A stretch of 64,000 nucleotides of DNA from Harriotta raleighana (lineage: Eukaryota): NCBI GenBank assembly GCA_050575255.1, contig JBNZDD010013732.1, forward strand, positions 21,028,244 through 21,092,243. The letters are read 5' to 3'. Positions 52,476-64,000 of this stretch are shown piece after piece (the first letter of the stretch is position 1; each line of letters starts with the position of its first letter). The notes under the pieces were generated by a model that saw only the letters and a list, made by a program, of their open reading frames with translations, made no database searches and was not told where the DNA came from. The position numbers and the translations under genes are program-made.

Positions 52476-52587
52476 TTTATTGCAGCAAATGATAAACTAT
52501 GGTTCTGGCTGGAAGTGAATTCCGTAGTAGATTTCTTCACAGTCCCTCCTGTGTTTGTGTCCGTTTATTTGAGCAGAAGTTGGCTAG
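52476..52587 (+). CDS. KCNMA1: KCNMA1 coding exon, S2-S3 loop, S3 and S3-S4 linker (equivalent to exon 5), 112 nt
   Basis: Acceptor catttcctttgcag and donor GTAAGT. Translates [37 protein letters not shown] plus G, seen inside ORF 52437..52646. Confidence 0.98.
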
Positions 52588-55500
52588 GTAAGTTGCATTT
52601 CTTTATCTTTCATGTACAAGTACCAGTACACAAAAATCCTGAATAAATATTTTGAAATTGGTGAATTACACAAAGATTTACCCAAGGTCAACACATACTT
52701 GTGTAGAGGATGAGAAGAACTTTTTGGGAACAGAATAAGAAATTAGATCTGAAAATGATTGACTGCTGTGCAGGAAACCTACATAGAAACTTAGGTAGAG
52801 TGATACGGCATGAAAATGGGTATTGGGGCCATCTCGTCCGTGCCTATGTTCATATTCTTCACCTCTGCTATTCCCCTCGCCTATACCTTTCTCCTTCATG
52901 TATTAAACCTCTTTCATGCATTTTACAAATAAACATGGTGGTAAAGGGGAAGAAGGAATTCTATTGTTGTTGATAAATTTATTGTCCTTGACGGGCACAA
53001 ATGAGAAATATATTCATAAGTTCATGTCATCAGGGTGACCAATCCGACCTAGTGATGGATCAGGCAAAGTATTGTAGATGAGCAACAGCAGAATTTGATT
53101 GAAGGTCAAGGAAAAGGTTCAAATGTTGTGATTTTTGCCTGGTGAAATTACCTCAAGCTCTTCCGGTTGATAAAATGGCAGCAGCAAAAATGGTTACTTA
53201 AAATTGATCTTCTAGTCTTCCATTGGCAGTGTGGTGGTGTTATGACTTCAATCAAAGTGGTTAATGAGCTGTGACCAATACTCCCGCTTTGCTGGGTTGC
53301 GAATCAATCTTTATTGACCTTGGGTAGCTCTTTTTTCAATTGTGTATTTAAACTAATATAGCTCATTGCAATATAAAATGTTGATTTGCAATTTTACATT
53401 ATGGGGGGTGGGGGTTTGCCGGACGGAGGAAAGCACAAACCATGGGAGTATTTTATCTTGTCAGTTGTTCTGATAAAGCATCAAGCTGCTGCTTTCTCTT
53501 GGATGCACAAACAGTAAGTACTTACAGACTGTTTTAATAACTCTTATTAACGTTTCAATTACAGAAATTAGCCATAACTTAAGAGCTTAACTGGTCACAA
53601 GAAGTTGCCGTCAGAGGACACAACAGTATCATATGTCAACCATAAAGTGTGTATGTGTCAATAAATGGGCAAATCTAATTGAGTTACTGAGAAACAGTTA
53701 AAGGGAGCAATGACATCCCAAACCACAAAAGACATCTGAGTTTATCGGATCCTGGCGACTGTTGTTCTATTCTCCTCTCTCCTTTTCATTATTTTTTAAA
53801 GCATCTACAGAATTTTGGATTTTTGTTTATATTTTAAAAATCTTAACAAATTTGCTCAGCACACAACTGCATCGGATCTTTGTCAACTTCTCGTTTTCAA
53901 TCACAAGTAGGTCACCTTGAAACAAAATTAGCAGATGTCATTGGCCAATTTAAGCAGCCAATTGCAAATTGTAGATGTGTTAAACTGTTTTTAAGAATGC
54001 TTTTACCACTTGTCCACTGGTCTATCTAATAGAGTATTAGCATCAGATGCACAGTATACAGTGAAGAAGCTGTCTGATAAACTGCTTCCACAGCTCTGTT
54101 AGTGATGCTCAGAAATAAACAAAACTGGCTGTCACACAATTTATTCTCTATTCCTCTGGGGACCGATCTTGCATCTGTTTATAAATGTTTCCTACCATGA
54201 GGGCTGAGAGCAGGAGTTGGTGCAGGGAAAGAGGTCTGTACAATAGTCCCTCTGTGCCACTGTCCCACTGTGCTGTGAGATGATGAACCACATCACCCTA
54301 GAGATGTGTGTTTCAATTCTAATTAATTACTCGCCCACGAGTAGAACAAGTGAGTGAGTTAATTAAACAAAATTAGAAATTGCCTTATGCAAGTAGGTAG
54401 AGGAGCTATTTATTGTCTTCCTGAAATGTTACAAAATTGATTTAGAAAAGTATGTGAGCTTTTACTTTTACCCTCCATTGTGAAAGCCATGCCACATTGC
54501 AAAGAAAGCCAACTGATTATCAAGAGTACAAATCCATCAATTTAAAGAGCTTGTTTCAGGGGCAACTCTATTCTTTCGATCAGCTCCCAGTATCATGGCA
54601 GCAGTGCTACCTTTTGACCTGTGAACCAATAATATTCTACTATTGGCTTCTGTGGAATTGAACCTGCAGCAAACAATTATATTCCTCATTGTGATATATA
54701 ATCCAGATATAAATTGCTCTTTATTTATGCACTTCTGATAATCCTAATGAATGTGTTGTTAATGGGTCATTAGAAATGAGAAAAGCATTTCATTCTTAAA
54801 TTAGTTCTCTTTTGGGTGTTCAATCTGCACAACAGTATTTGGCTGCACTAGAAGTTGAACAAACAATAGAAAGTAACTATTAATAATATGACTGCAGTAT
54901 ATTTGTAAATTCTGATTTTTAAAAAAAGGTTTCAGGACATCCTACTCCAGGAATTTGGTCAAGTGTTTGGGGGAGGGGAGAAATTGCATTACAACTTCAG
55001 ATGTGATATCCCAGCAATTTAGGGAGTAATTATTGAAAAGAATTGTATCATCAACTGTTCATATTCTTGAGGGGCTGATGAGTCATTCAACTGGTAGCTC
55101 AGTCACTGTGTGTAGGTGTAGGGTAGCAACAATAGACAGAAGAAAAATAAATTACAACTGTACCTCCGTTACCTTCCTCCCCAGGTATTGCAAATACACT
55201 AGAGGTTAAGTGCTTTGTCAGCAGGTGGTGGAAGCTTTTAAAACAAGTGTGTTTAAATCAAATCCATGCATAACAATTGTCAGGAAATTGACATTTAATT
55301 TTTCCATTACACGATTTACCAAGAGGTTTGTGCTGAGGATTAGATCGGGTTTGGACAGTATTTTGTATAAAGTCAAACATTCAGAATCAGCTATTTGGTA
55401 CCCATTGTACCCAACTCTCGCTCATCATGCTAGTGTACCTTATGTACAATACAAACAGCTGATGCAAAAATATTATTTAGCAAGAAAATATGAGTGTAAA

Positions 55501-55951
55501 ACCTAAGAGAATTCAGGCACAAGTAGTATTAGATGCTAATTTTGTGCACTGCAATTTTTCACTTATGCTAAGTCGATATTTATCTTTGGCAACAGGCAAA
55601 ACCATGAGCAAAGTTGTGTGCACCACTGGAGTTTTTCCAATGGTAGACAGTTACTGGGAACATAAGTTACTTGCATGGCACAGGGAAATAATGACCCTCG
55701 TAGCATTGAGCATATGCCCAACTGGATATGTTTTGCTGCTGTGGGCATGAATCCATTGTGGATAAATGGACATTGGTGGATAACTGGTGTTCTGCAGTTC
55801 CTACTCCTGGAAATTTATCAATGACTCATCCTTGTAAGATGTTTTTTGTTTTTTAATTCCCACTCCCGAGCTAGTAAACAGAACCTGAAAGTTTACTATG
55901 GCTGGTACTGGAAACTTGTCAAGCGCACAAAAAATTATTTCTGCATCTATC

Positions 55952-56122
55952 AGGCTCCCAGATGGTCTCCACTCCCCTTCCCTCACCCTGGACCAAAAAA
56001 AAATTAAATTTCCCAACTCTNAGGCTCCCAGATGGTCTCCACTCCCCTTCCCTCACCCTGGACCAAAAAAAAAANCCCCTTCCCTCACCCTGGACCAAAA
56101 AAAAATTAAATTTCCCAACTCT
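55952..56122 (+). repeat. 69-bp unit repeated partially three times, separated by single Ns; probable assembly artefact
   Basis: Ns at 56021 and 56075 fall exactly at the unit junctions; copies differ only in poly-A length. Confidence 0.85.
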
Positions 56123-56779
56123 TGAATTCTTTAGCATTGCCCAATATAGAACTGGCTGAAATGTGTTTCATGTAATTTTGATGCCACCTAGTGATGTTTT
56201 TAGGAACTACTTTGAAGTGTTTGAAAATAATATTTCCCTGATTGCATTGTGTTGAGTATTCTTGTTTTTCCAACTCTGTAAAGTGAAATAAATATGATTG
56301 GTCAGGTTTCCACTTAGTTTCTGATCATGTAAAGATTTTTTTTTCTTGCTGCTTTAGCATTCATTTTCTTTCCTCTGTGTATCTATGTATCATTCACCAG
56401 TTGTTTTATCAAGACAGTGAGCAGCTCTAGGCAGCTCAGATCTTACTCCCAGCACACCTCTATTAATGAAATATTGTGATTCGGAAGGTTAACAATGAAA
56501 AGGATACAATCTTAAATTTTATACGATGTTTATGCAAGTGGAGTGCCATCAATTTAAGATAGATAGCAAACGAGCAAATGGGAGGTTAGGAGAATGCCTA
56601 GCTGGGAATGGTGGTTGGGGTAGAATTTTTATTGGCCTTTAAGGTAAACAAATACCTTAAAATGAGCCATGTTGAGGGAGATGGCATAGGTATGATGGAG
56701 AGATTGGATTTCTTTTGTGCCATCAATTTCTATGGCTTCTAGGTCACCCATCCTACCACTTCTGTATCACTGCAATATC

Positions 56780-57110
56780 CAGAACAAGTTTTTACAGCAT
56801 AGAAGGATATTTGGCTTTATTAAGAACAGTCAGTTCAATACCATTTAGTTGACCTTTGACCATACTCCTGCAGTTTATTCCTTTGTGGATATCTGTCCAG
56901 TTCTGTTTTGAAAGCAAATAGGGGATCTATCTCAAAACACCACACAGAGCATTCCATATTCCACCAGTTCTGTGCTTGGAAAGGGTTCTGCTAACCTCTT
57001 CATTTGTTTGTTTGCTAGGTATCTTAAATTGATGCCAACTGACCAGTGGAAACATTTTTTCCCTATTGACTTTTATCAAAACCCTCTTGAGTTGTATATT
57101 CTATACCTCT
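56780..57110 (-). mobile_element. Degenerate CR1 3' region
   Basis: Colinear diverged similarity to 51100-51460. Confidence 0.6.
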
Positions 57111-58199
57111 ATTTATGAAACGTAGGATTCTATTTGGTTTCTTGATAGCTTTCTCCTCCTGGTAGCCATTTTATGCAAATGGTATTGCTTGTATTACTCA
57201 TAAACATCAGAACATTTTATTTCTGAAACTAATTAAATCAAAAAGTGATTTGTATGACGTTAACTGTAAAAAAAACAAGATATCACAGAGGAGCAGAGAG
57301 GAGATGAGAATAGTTTCTGAATGTCATGTCAAGTGTTTCAATACAAAATGAGTAACCAAATTTCAGGGATGAGGCTGGTACAGTTGGCTTCTTTGACTCA
57401 GTTCCAGGGAGATTAAACAAAAGATCCCCCTGTTGATTGCTGGCATCAAATCCTTCTGGCAACTTTGTTAATATTGATTGAAGATGGAATGTGCTTCGCT
57501 TACTATCTCTTCCGTGGTTGAATAGACTGTCAACACTCCTTCGGGGGCCTCAGCTGGCTGTTCAAATGAAGGTTATAGATCCCAAGGCACTGTTTGAAAA
57601 GAGAAGGGTGTTTCTCCCTGTGTCCTAGACACACAATCCCTAAACAAAAATTGGATTTTTTTCCTGAGCCATAATCAAGAGAGCTGACGCAGTTCCCTCC
57701 CGGATGCTATAGACCAAAGCTACTCTTGTCCTTCTCCCCAAAGCTTTTCCTGTTTGCATTTTTTTTTCCATAGCATATTCAGAGGTAAATAAACACAGAG
57801 GAATTAGAGGTTTAACAGCAGGGTTTTCATCAGCTTTTGTTTATTCAAGATAATGAAGCTGGGTATTTGACAAGGTGCAAATTTTCATAACTTTGTCGTA
57901 CAATCAATAAAAGCAAGGAGTTTGTTGGATTTTCAAGTTTTGCATTTTTTCTTCTGCTATATAAATAGTCTGTAGTGAAAGTTACCTAATTTAATATAAG
58001 AGCAAACTATTGCTCAGCTTCTTACAGATGATAATGCTCTGTAATCGACAACTGTGCGATGCAAGAGAACATTACAAGTTGACTTGTACTCTAGTATTCC
58101 CACATTTCTTTGCTAATGTGTCTAGAAGTCATGGAGTTTTGTTATTGTTACCATGAATTACCTTATCGTTCAACAGCACGTTACCATGTGAAACTTGTC

Positions 58200-58620
58200 A
58201 ATAAAACTAATTAAGTAAGTGATTTCAAGGGAATTTGACTGGGGGAAATCACCTAATGAACACAAAAGAAAACAAATATTTATTAGGCTGCAAGTGTGGT
58301 CTTGTGTATATCAGGGGTCAGCCACGCTTGGAAACTGTGTACAGGATGTTGAAGATGATACATGAGATGGAGGAGGTATGGCCTCTTTTAGCGGTGGAAC
58401 ATTAATCAACATTTTACTGTACATAAAATAACTAATATGTGATTCTACTCTTAGAATTGTATTGTGCTGTGTTGGCCGGATACTCTTTAGAATGACATTG
58501 ATACATTGGAGAGCTATTTGAGAAGAGCGAGGGAGAAGATTTGAGTGCTGAAATCCGACTTATAAAACGACTCACAAGACTAAACCATAGTTTAGTAAAA
58601 ATAGAAAGGCAGAAAAAAAA
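58200..58620 (+). mobile_element. Very degenerate CR1 ORF2 fragment
   Basis: cttagaattgtattgtgctgtgttggccggatactctttagaatgacattgatacattggaga resembles the LEYC..W.P...DI..LE region. Confidence 0.45.
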
Positions 58621-59762
58621 CCTCTAAATGCTTGATTAATGCCACTTGAAAAGAACCAGGTGAATGTGTGGTTGGAAATGGGATTGAAGGTCATAAAAGT
58701 AGATGCAGGCAATGATGATTGAATGATGCTGGGAACTTGGGACTCTCATACTAGGGAATGGTTTTCTCAGCAGCTGACCAGAGTGGATTAGTGAAGATGT
58801 GAGGACGGATAGATATGCAGGAGATTTGCTTGATTTGCCTTTGTACAGAAGGGAGACTATAAGCAGGAAATAGGATAGAGTCCAAGATTTTGTATTTCTT
58901 TGGTGGAAGGAATCAATTTGATTTGCAAAGATGTCTTCTAATTCTACTCTGGTCAAGGATGTAAAACCACAAGGTCCTTTTGTTCCATCATTGTCCTTAG
59001 AAGAAGGCAGGAAGAGACCTGAAGAATATTTTCTTTGAGATTAAATGGAGGGGTGGATAGAATGCAAGATGGAATGGATAGACATGCTTATGTGGAAAGA
59101 ATGGACTTGATCGGTCAAGTATTTTTCATTATGATCTGCATATTTCACAAAAATGGTGCATTGAATTGGAACAACAACAACAAATTGCATTCATATAATG
59201 CTGAACACCCAGGATAGCATCCCAGACAAGGAGATGCTTACTGGAAGATTTCTAAATGAGAGGAGAAAAACATTGGGGCATGTATAAAACCCTTTTTTTA
59301 AATAATGAAAAGACAGTAATGCTTATCAGCTGTACCCTCATGTTCAGGAATGCGTTCATCCTAATTCTATGAATGATGATTTCACTGCTTTCTTTGATGT
59401 TGGTTTGCGTTTCGAAATAAAATGATAATTCACAAATGTGAAAATAGTTGACATATCTGCTTTAGGCTTCACCAAGCACCAGGACCCTGCCAAATAAATA
59501 CGATAACAACACTAGAGAGTTCCCCGCATTGATTTGTTAGTATGAAACACCATCATAATTCACTTGTCCCTGCGGTGCTCATGAGTTATTGGTCTTTCAC
59601 ACCTGTCTAACAGATGTCATAACTCACTGCAACGACAGGGATTTGCCCTTTATTCTGGTTGTTACTATCGCCCACATTATGAATAGTTAATATTGTGTTG
59701 AACAGCCCTTTTACCACTGAATTTCCTTTACAGACTTCAAATTATATCTAGTGTTTACAAAA

Positions 59763-60163
59763 CACTGACTCCCCATTTGAATTCAAGATCCTTATCCTCG
59801 CTTTCAAGGCCCTCTTTGGCCTTGCCCCTTCCTAACTCTCTGACCTGCTGAACCCCTAATAACCTGTCCGCTCACTCCTTTCAGCGGTTCTACCATTGGT
59901 GGCTTTCAGCCTTTGTGCCTCTATGCTTTGAAACTCCATCCCACATTCCCTTCACCTTGTTCCCCCACTTCCCTACTTAAAGACCGGTCTCAAGACCCTT
60001 CTCTTCAACCGTGTCTTCAGCTGCCGTGCTACATCTCTGCCTTCCCTCATCCCAACCCTGCCCATCACCCCCCTCCACTCCAAACCCATGTCCTGACCCC
60101 TGACTATTCAGCGGTTTGGTACATCCAACGAGAAAGGTGCTCTACAAATGTAATTTTGATGTT
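59763..60163 (+). mobile_element. L2 3' end
   Basis: ttcaagatccttatcctcgctttcaaggcc (FKILILAFKA); aaggtgctctacaaatgtaattttgatgttg tail. Confidence 0.88.
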
Positions 60164-61254
60164 GCATATAAATATAACTTCTTGTAAATAAGATAATGTT
60201 AAAAAAAAGTCTTGTTCCACCTCCTGGTCAATGGCAAGTTGGTGTTTGAACAAAACTTTAAATGTATTGCAATATTTAGTGAAGCAATGGCCCTTTTAAA
60301 AAAACAAGTTGGAATGTTTCCAAATTCTTGGAACTATATAAATAGGTGAGATTTTCACCAGTGGCAGGATTGGATTCATCTAGAAAAATATTCTAATTAA
60401 AATCTTCAGAGATCTGTAAGAAAAGAACTGGCAGTACAAAAAGGCCAGTTCAGTCTGGGCTTTGTTCTGCACTCAACAATAATAATTATGGCTCTGGTAT
60501 TGCAATTAAATTAAATGGCTTGATTTGCCATGCATATTGGGATCTGAATAGCGACAGAGTTTGTAAATAGGAAATCCTGAATGGGTTGCAGCCTGGAATT
60601 CTGATTTCAAACATACTTGAGTGGCATGAACTGTGATACATCTGGGATTTGCTATCAATAAATTTGGCTTAGACCCAATTGCTTTGTTTTGGGGATATAT
60701 ATTGTTCATGTGCAGTTCATGGATTAGACACAGCATGCAACAGTAATAAACTGTATTAAAGCTTTAATAATAAAAACATTAATATTAGTATAAAATGTCA
60801 AGGGGCTGATTGGTGAAGTGTGGTTACCTTCAAAAAAAAATACTAGTGCTAAGAGAGCATGTTAGCGTCTTGGGATGGCCTCCCAACGTGAAAGGCATTC
60901 TATAAATGTAATTTTGTTATTGTTGATGTTAGTTCCCATTACTGTATTGCTTAAAAGTGGAACATGGAGCTTTAGTTCAGAGAGAATGCTGTTTTGGGGT
61001 TCGCGGGGGGGGGGGAGAGTATGAAAAATGGGGAAGATTTCTACTGGGATATATATTGACTCTATTTATATAGGATTTTAGAGTACCTGCACTAGAATTT
61101 GCAAATCTTAACTTGGAAGTTTTTTTTGGTGATTCTTTAAAGAATCTTAAATATATTCTTAAAAGGTATTAGCCTGGCTCATTTGATATTGGGATATCCA
61201 CCCGATGCGAAAGGTGCTATATAAATGTAATTTGTTATAGTTGGTGGTGGTAGC

Positions 61255-61620
61255 ACTTTTTTTTTGAGTCAGAAAATTGCGGGTTCAAGCCTCTAAAGTT
61301 GGGAGTTTGAATTCACAGTCTAGGCTGACACTCCAATGCAGTGCTGGAGAGTGTTTAATTGTTGGAAATGCATCGTGCCAATCTCTGAATGAGATGTTCA
61401 ACGTACACCTACCAGGTGGATATAAAACTCTCGTGGCTCTAATCGAAAGAGAAAAGGCTTTCTCCAGGTATCTTAGCCAACAATACCCAGATAAAACTGA
61501 CTTCACAAATTGACTGCCACTCTCCTACAAAATACACAGTCACTGCACTTTAAAGTAAATTCCGTAAAGTGCTTTGAAACATTTATTGATATAATAAGGC
61601 ACAATATCAATTGCAAATAT
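61255..61620 (+). mobile_element. Old Deu-domain SINE (AmnSINE1/SacSINE1-like), near full length
   Basis: gcgggttcaagcc head, taggctgacactccaatgcagtgctg, gagatgttcaac, caggtggatataaaa, gaaagagaaaagg..ctccaggtatcttagccaa; matches the Deu domain as I recall it. Confidence 0.75.
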
Positions 61621-61930
61621 TTAAAATATTAGTATATTATTATTGTTATAGTTTGTTCTTCCTCTTTTCCTAACTATAAACTCTTGGTTGTGCTGATTAA
61701 GATGCATGCGGATTGTGCATGCGGAGACAGACAATGGAGACTGTTCGTCGGGTTTGTATGAAATCCTAGATTATATAATGCAAATTGAATGCAACTTTGA
61801 TGTCAGAAAAACTCAAAGGATAAGAGGCTACATCTGTTTCTTTATACATTGCTAGCATAATGTCCATTAATCCCTCTTGTGAGTAGCTTGCCCCAGACAC
61901 ATACCATCATTATAATCATCCTTACATTTA

Positions 61931-62106
61931 ATAATAATAATAATAATTTTATATGCGCTTTTCACATCTTCTAGATGTCTCAAAGCTCTTCACAGAATAT
62001 ACTATAAGTGAATGGACTGTATATTTTGAGGGTGAATTGTGCACAGCAGTGTCCCACAAACAGTCGTGGATTGAAACAACCAATTTTTTTGAGGGATTAT
62101 TATCAG
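61931..62106 (-). mobile_element. Family A SINE 3' part
   Basis: Direct similarity to 23499-23703. Confidence 0.88.
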
Positions 62107-62689
62107 GTATATTACAGGGCTTGATAAGGCATCTGAACACATCAAAACATCTCAAAGCACTTCACAGCAATTACAGTTTAGCGCAATGACTGATTTGTAG
62201 GTGAACACAGCAGGCACTTTGCTTGCAACACACAGTTAAACAGTGCTAATTTAACTGGAGGCTTGTTGGGTAGGACATTGGGTAAAACAGCCTTCTATCA
62301 AATTGCATCATGGGTTCTTTAATATCCACCCGAACAGGCATAGAGAATTTTGGTTGAATGCCTCGCCTAAAGAGTGACACCTCTGACTAAACAGGAACAC
62401 TGCACATGAATGCCATTGTAGATTATGTGCACAATCTTCAGGATTCATTTTATGGAGAATTAGGTGACCTGGCAGGATCCTTTGGGTTTTAAAAGCAAAA
62501 AAGTGACAAAAGGAATACTTTCCAGAGATCACATGCCCTGGAAATTAGCAAAAACTTGATTTGTCTATACAGTGCATAATACCAAGTAGCAGTCAAGCAT
62601 TCTCCAATATAAACTGATCTAAAAACTAATCATAGGAGCTTGGTGTTGTCCTGTACTATTCCTCGGTAGGGAGGGAAAACGGAGATTAG

Positions 62690-63020
62690 TAGTTGCTGAT
62701 GGGACCATCAAAGTGGAGAGTTTGAGGCAGTTATTGAAGGAGGCCAGAAAGGGGGTGAGGCGGAGGGACTGCGGGATGGCTAATGGCTCACCCACCAATG
62801 GTGGGATGGATGGGTCGGGAACGTGTAAACCAGAGGCTGCTGAGCGGAGAGGGCGGACAGGTTGATAAGGGGTTAGAAGGTCACTTGGATGTAGAGTGGG
62901 GCGAGGTTGTGGAGGGCTTTGAATTGGATCCTCTAGGTGATGGGGAGCCAATGGAGTCGGGCTAGGATGGGGGAGATGGGGTCACAGAGTTTGGAGGAGA
63001 GGACATGGGCCGCAGAGTCA
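62690..63020 (-). mobile_element. L2 3' fragment
   Basis: Peptide DLLTPYQPVRPLRSA in ORF 62619..62951. Confidence 0.85.
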
Positions 63021-64000
63021 ACTGTAGAAAGTTAGCTCTCATCCAGAATGATGCAGTAGAAAATCTATCTCTGTGTTTCAATGTTGTCATTTGAAGGACA
63101 TGGGCCTAAAATCTGCTCTCAGAATGTGGTGTGATTTGCCCTTGTACACAACCTTCTTAAAATTCTCCACAAAACCCTAGCTGGAGTATTATTGTACAGG
63201 TTTGTGACTTCTGAGATGTTTAGGCCTATCCAGGTTTTGGAATTAGTGGCAGGTAGATTACTTTGAAAGCCTGTCATTGTTTGAGTGGATTTTATAAATG
63301 TCCTCACAGAGCTTCTGGTGTGGTACAACATATTCTTTCATATCCTTCAACAGAACGATAACCAGTAAAATAATTCTGTTTTGAAATCCCTACACCGTAA
63401 TCTTCTTTAGCAGAGAGATTTAAAAGGGCTGTGATTGACTGAAATGAATGATTCTGAGAGGAGCAACGCCATATCGCTGAAGCTTTATGAATACAAGATA
63501 CAGTAAACTTGCTGTGTGCAGTACAGTAGAAAAATGCTAGCTATAAATACTGGAGGTAGGTCAAGTTTCCTTCTTTTTATAACAATTTGTTTTATTGAAA
63601 AATCCAAACGTTTGTGTATCTGGGAGGTACAGATTGGTGAGTCCAGTCATTTCCTTTCAAACTCTAATCATTATTTTAAGGTATTGATCAACATTCTGAG
63701 ATATATAAAGGGAATATAAGTGTCTCTAGGTGCCTTTAATTTTCTGAACTAAAATAGCTTGGACACGGATGACGCACACTGGCTACATCTCTTCAAAGTC
63801 ATAGGAGATAATAAAATGAACTACTCTGGCACTTTATGTAATTTTGTGATTTCCTGCCTCTGTAGGTCAGTGCCAGCTTGATTTAAACTCGTTATGAAGC
63901 TGGTCCTGTACCAAAAGTGGGGAGTCAGAAGTTAACTGTTTTGGTGTTCCTGACAAGTTGTACACCCCAGCAGTAAAGAGTAGTTGTAATGAATGCCACT

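Noticed and set aside
52588-64000. Search for the next KCNMA1 exon (S4, GLRFLRALRL)
   Set aside because: Not found by eye; presumably beyond the window. The upstream exon was likewise not found in 1-24551.
1-64000. Prokaryote-type systems (CRISPR arrays, operons, defence islands)
   Set aside because: The sequence is vertebrate intron; there are no regularly spaced repeat-spacer arrays or gene-dense regions.

Overview
This is eukaryotic, AT-rich, repeat-rich vertebrate DNA. The CR1/L2 LINEs and Deu-domain SINEs point to a cartilaginous fish, possibly a chimaera, but the species is an inference. The window lies inside KCNMA1 (BK/Slo1 Ca2+-activated K+ channel alpha subunit) on the + strand. 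Three small GT-AG coding exons (62, 94 and 112 nt) splice in frame to encode S1, S2, S3 and the S3-S4 linker. The rest is intron, filled with a young 5'-truncated CR1, many L2 3' ends, a young tRNA-headed SINE family, older Deu-domain SINEs and three Tigger-like MITEs. Two gap-associated duplications are probably assembly artefacts. Almost all ORFs in the track are spurious or repeat-derived. I see no clear new multi-gene system. The best leads are RNA-level: an Rbfox-motif cluster with a cryptic acceptor before the S2 exon, a near-identical inverted SINE pair before the S1 exon, a pre-miRNA-like hairpin, and Asn substitutions in the channel's extracellular loops. Repeat boundaries are approximate and were read by eye.
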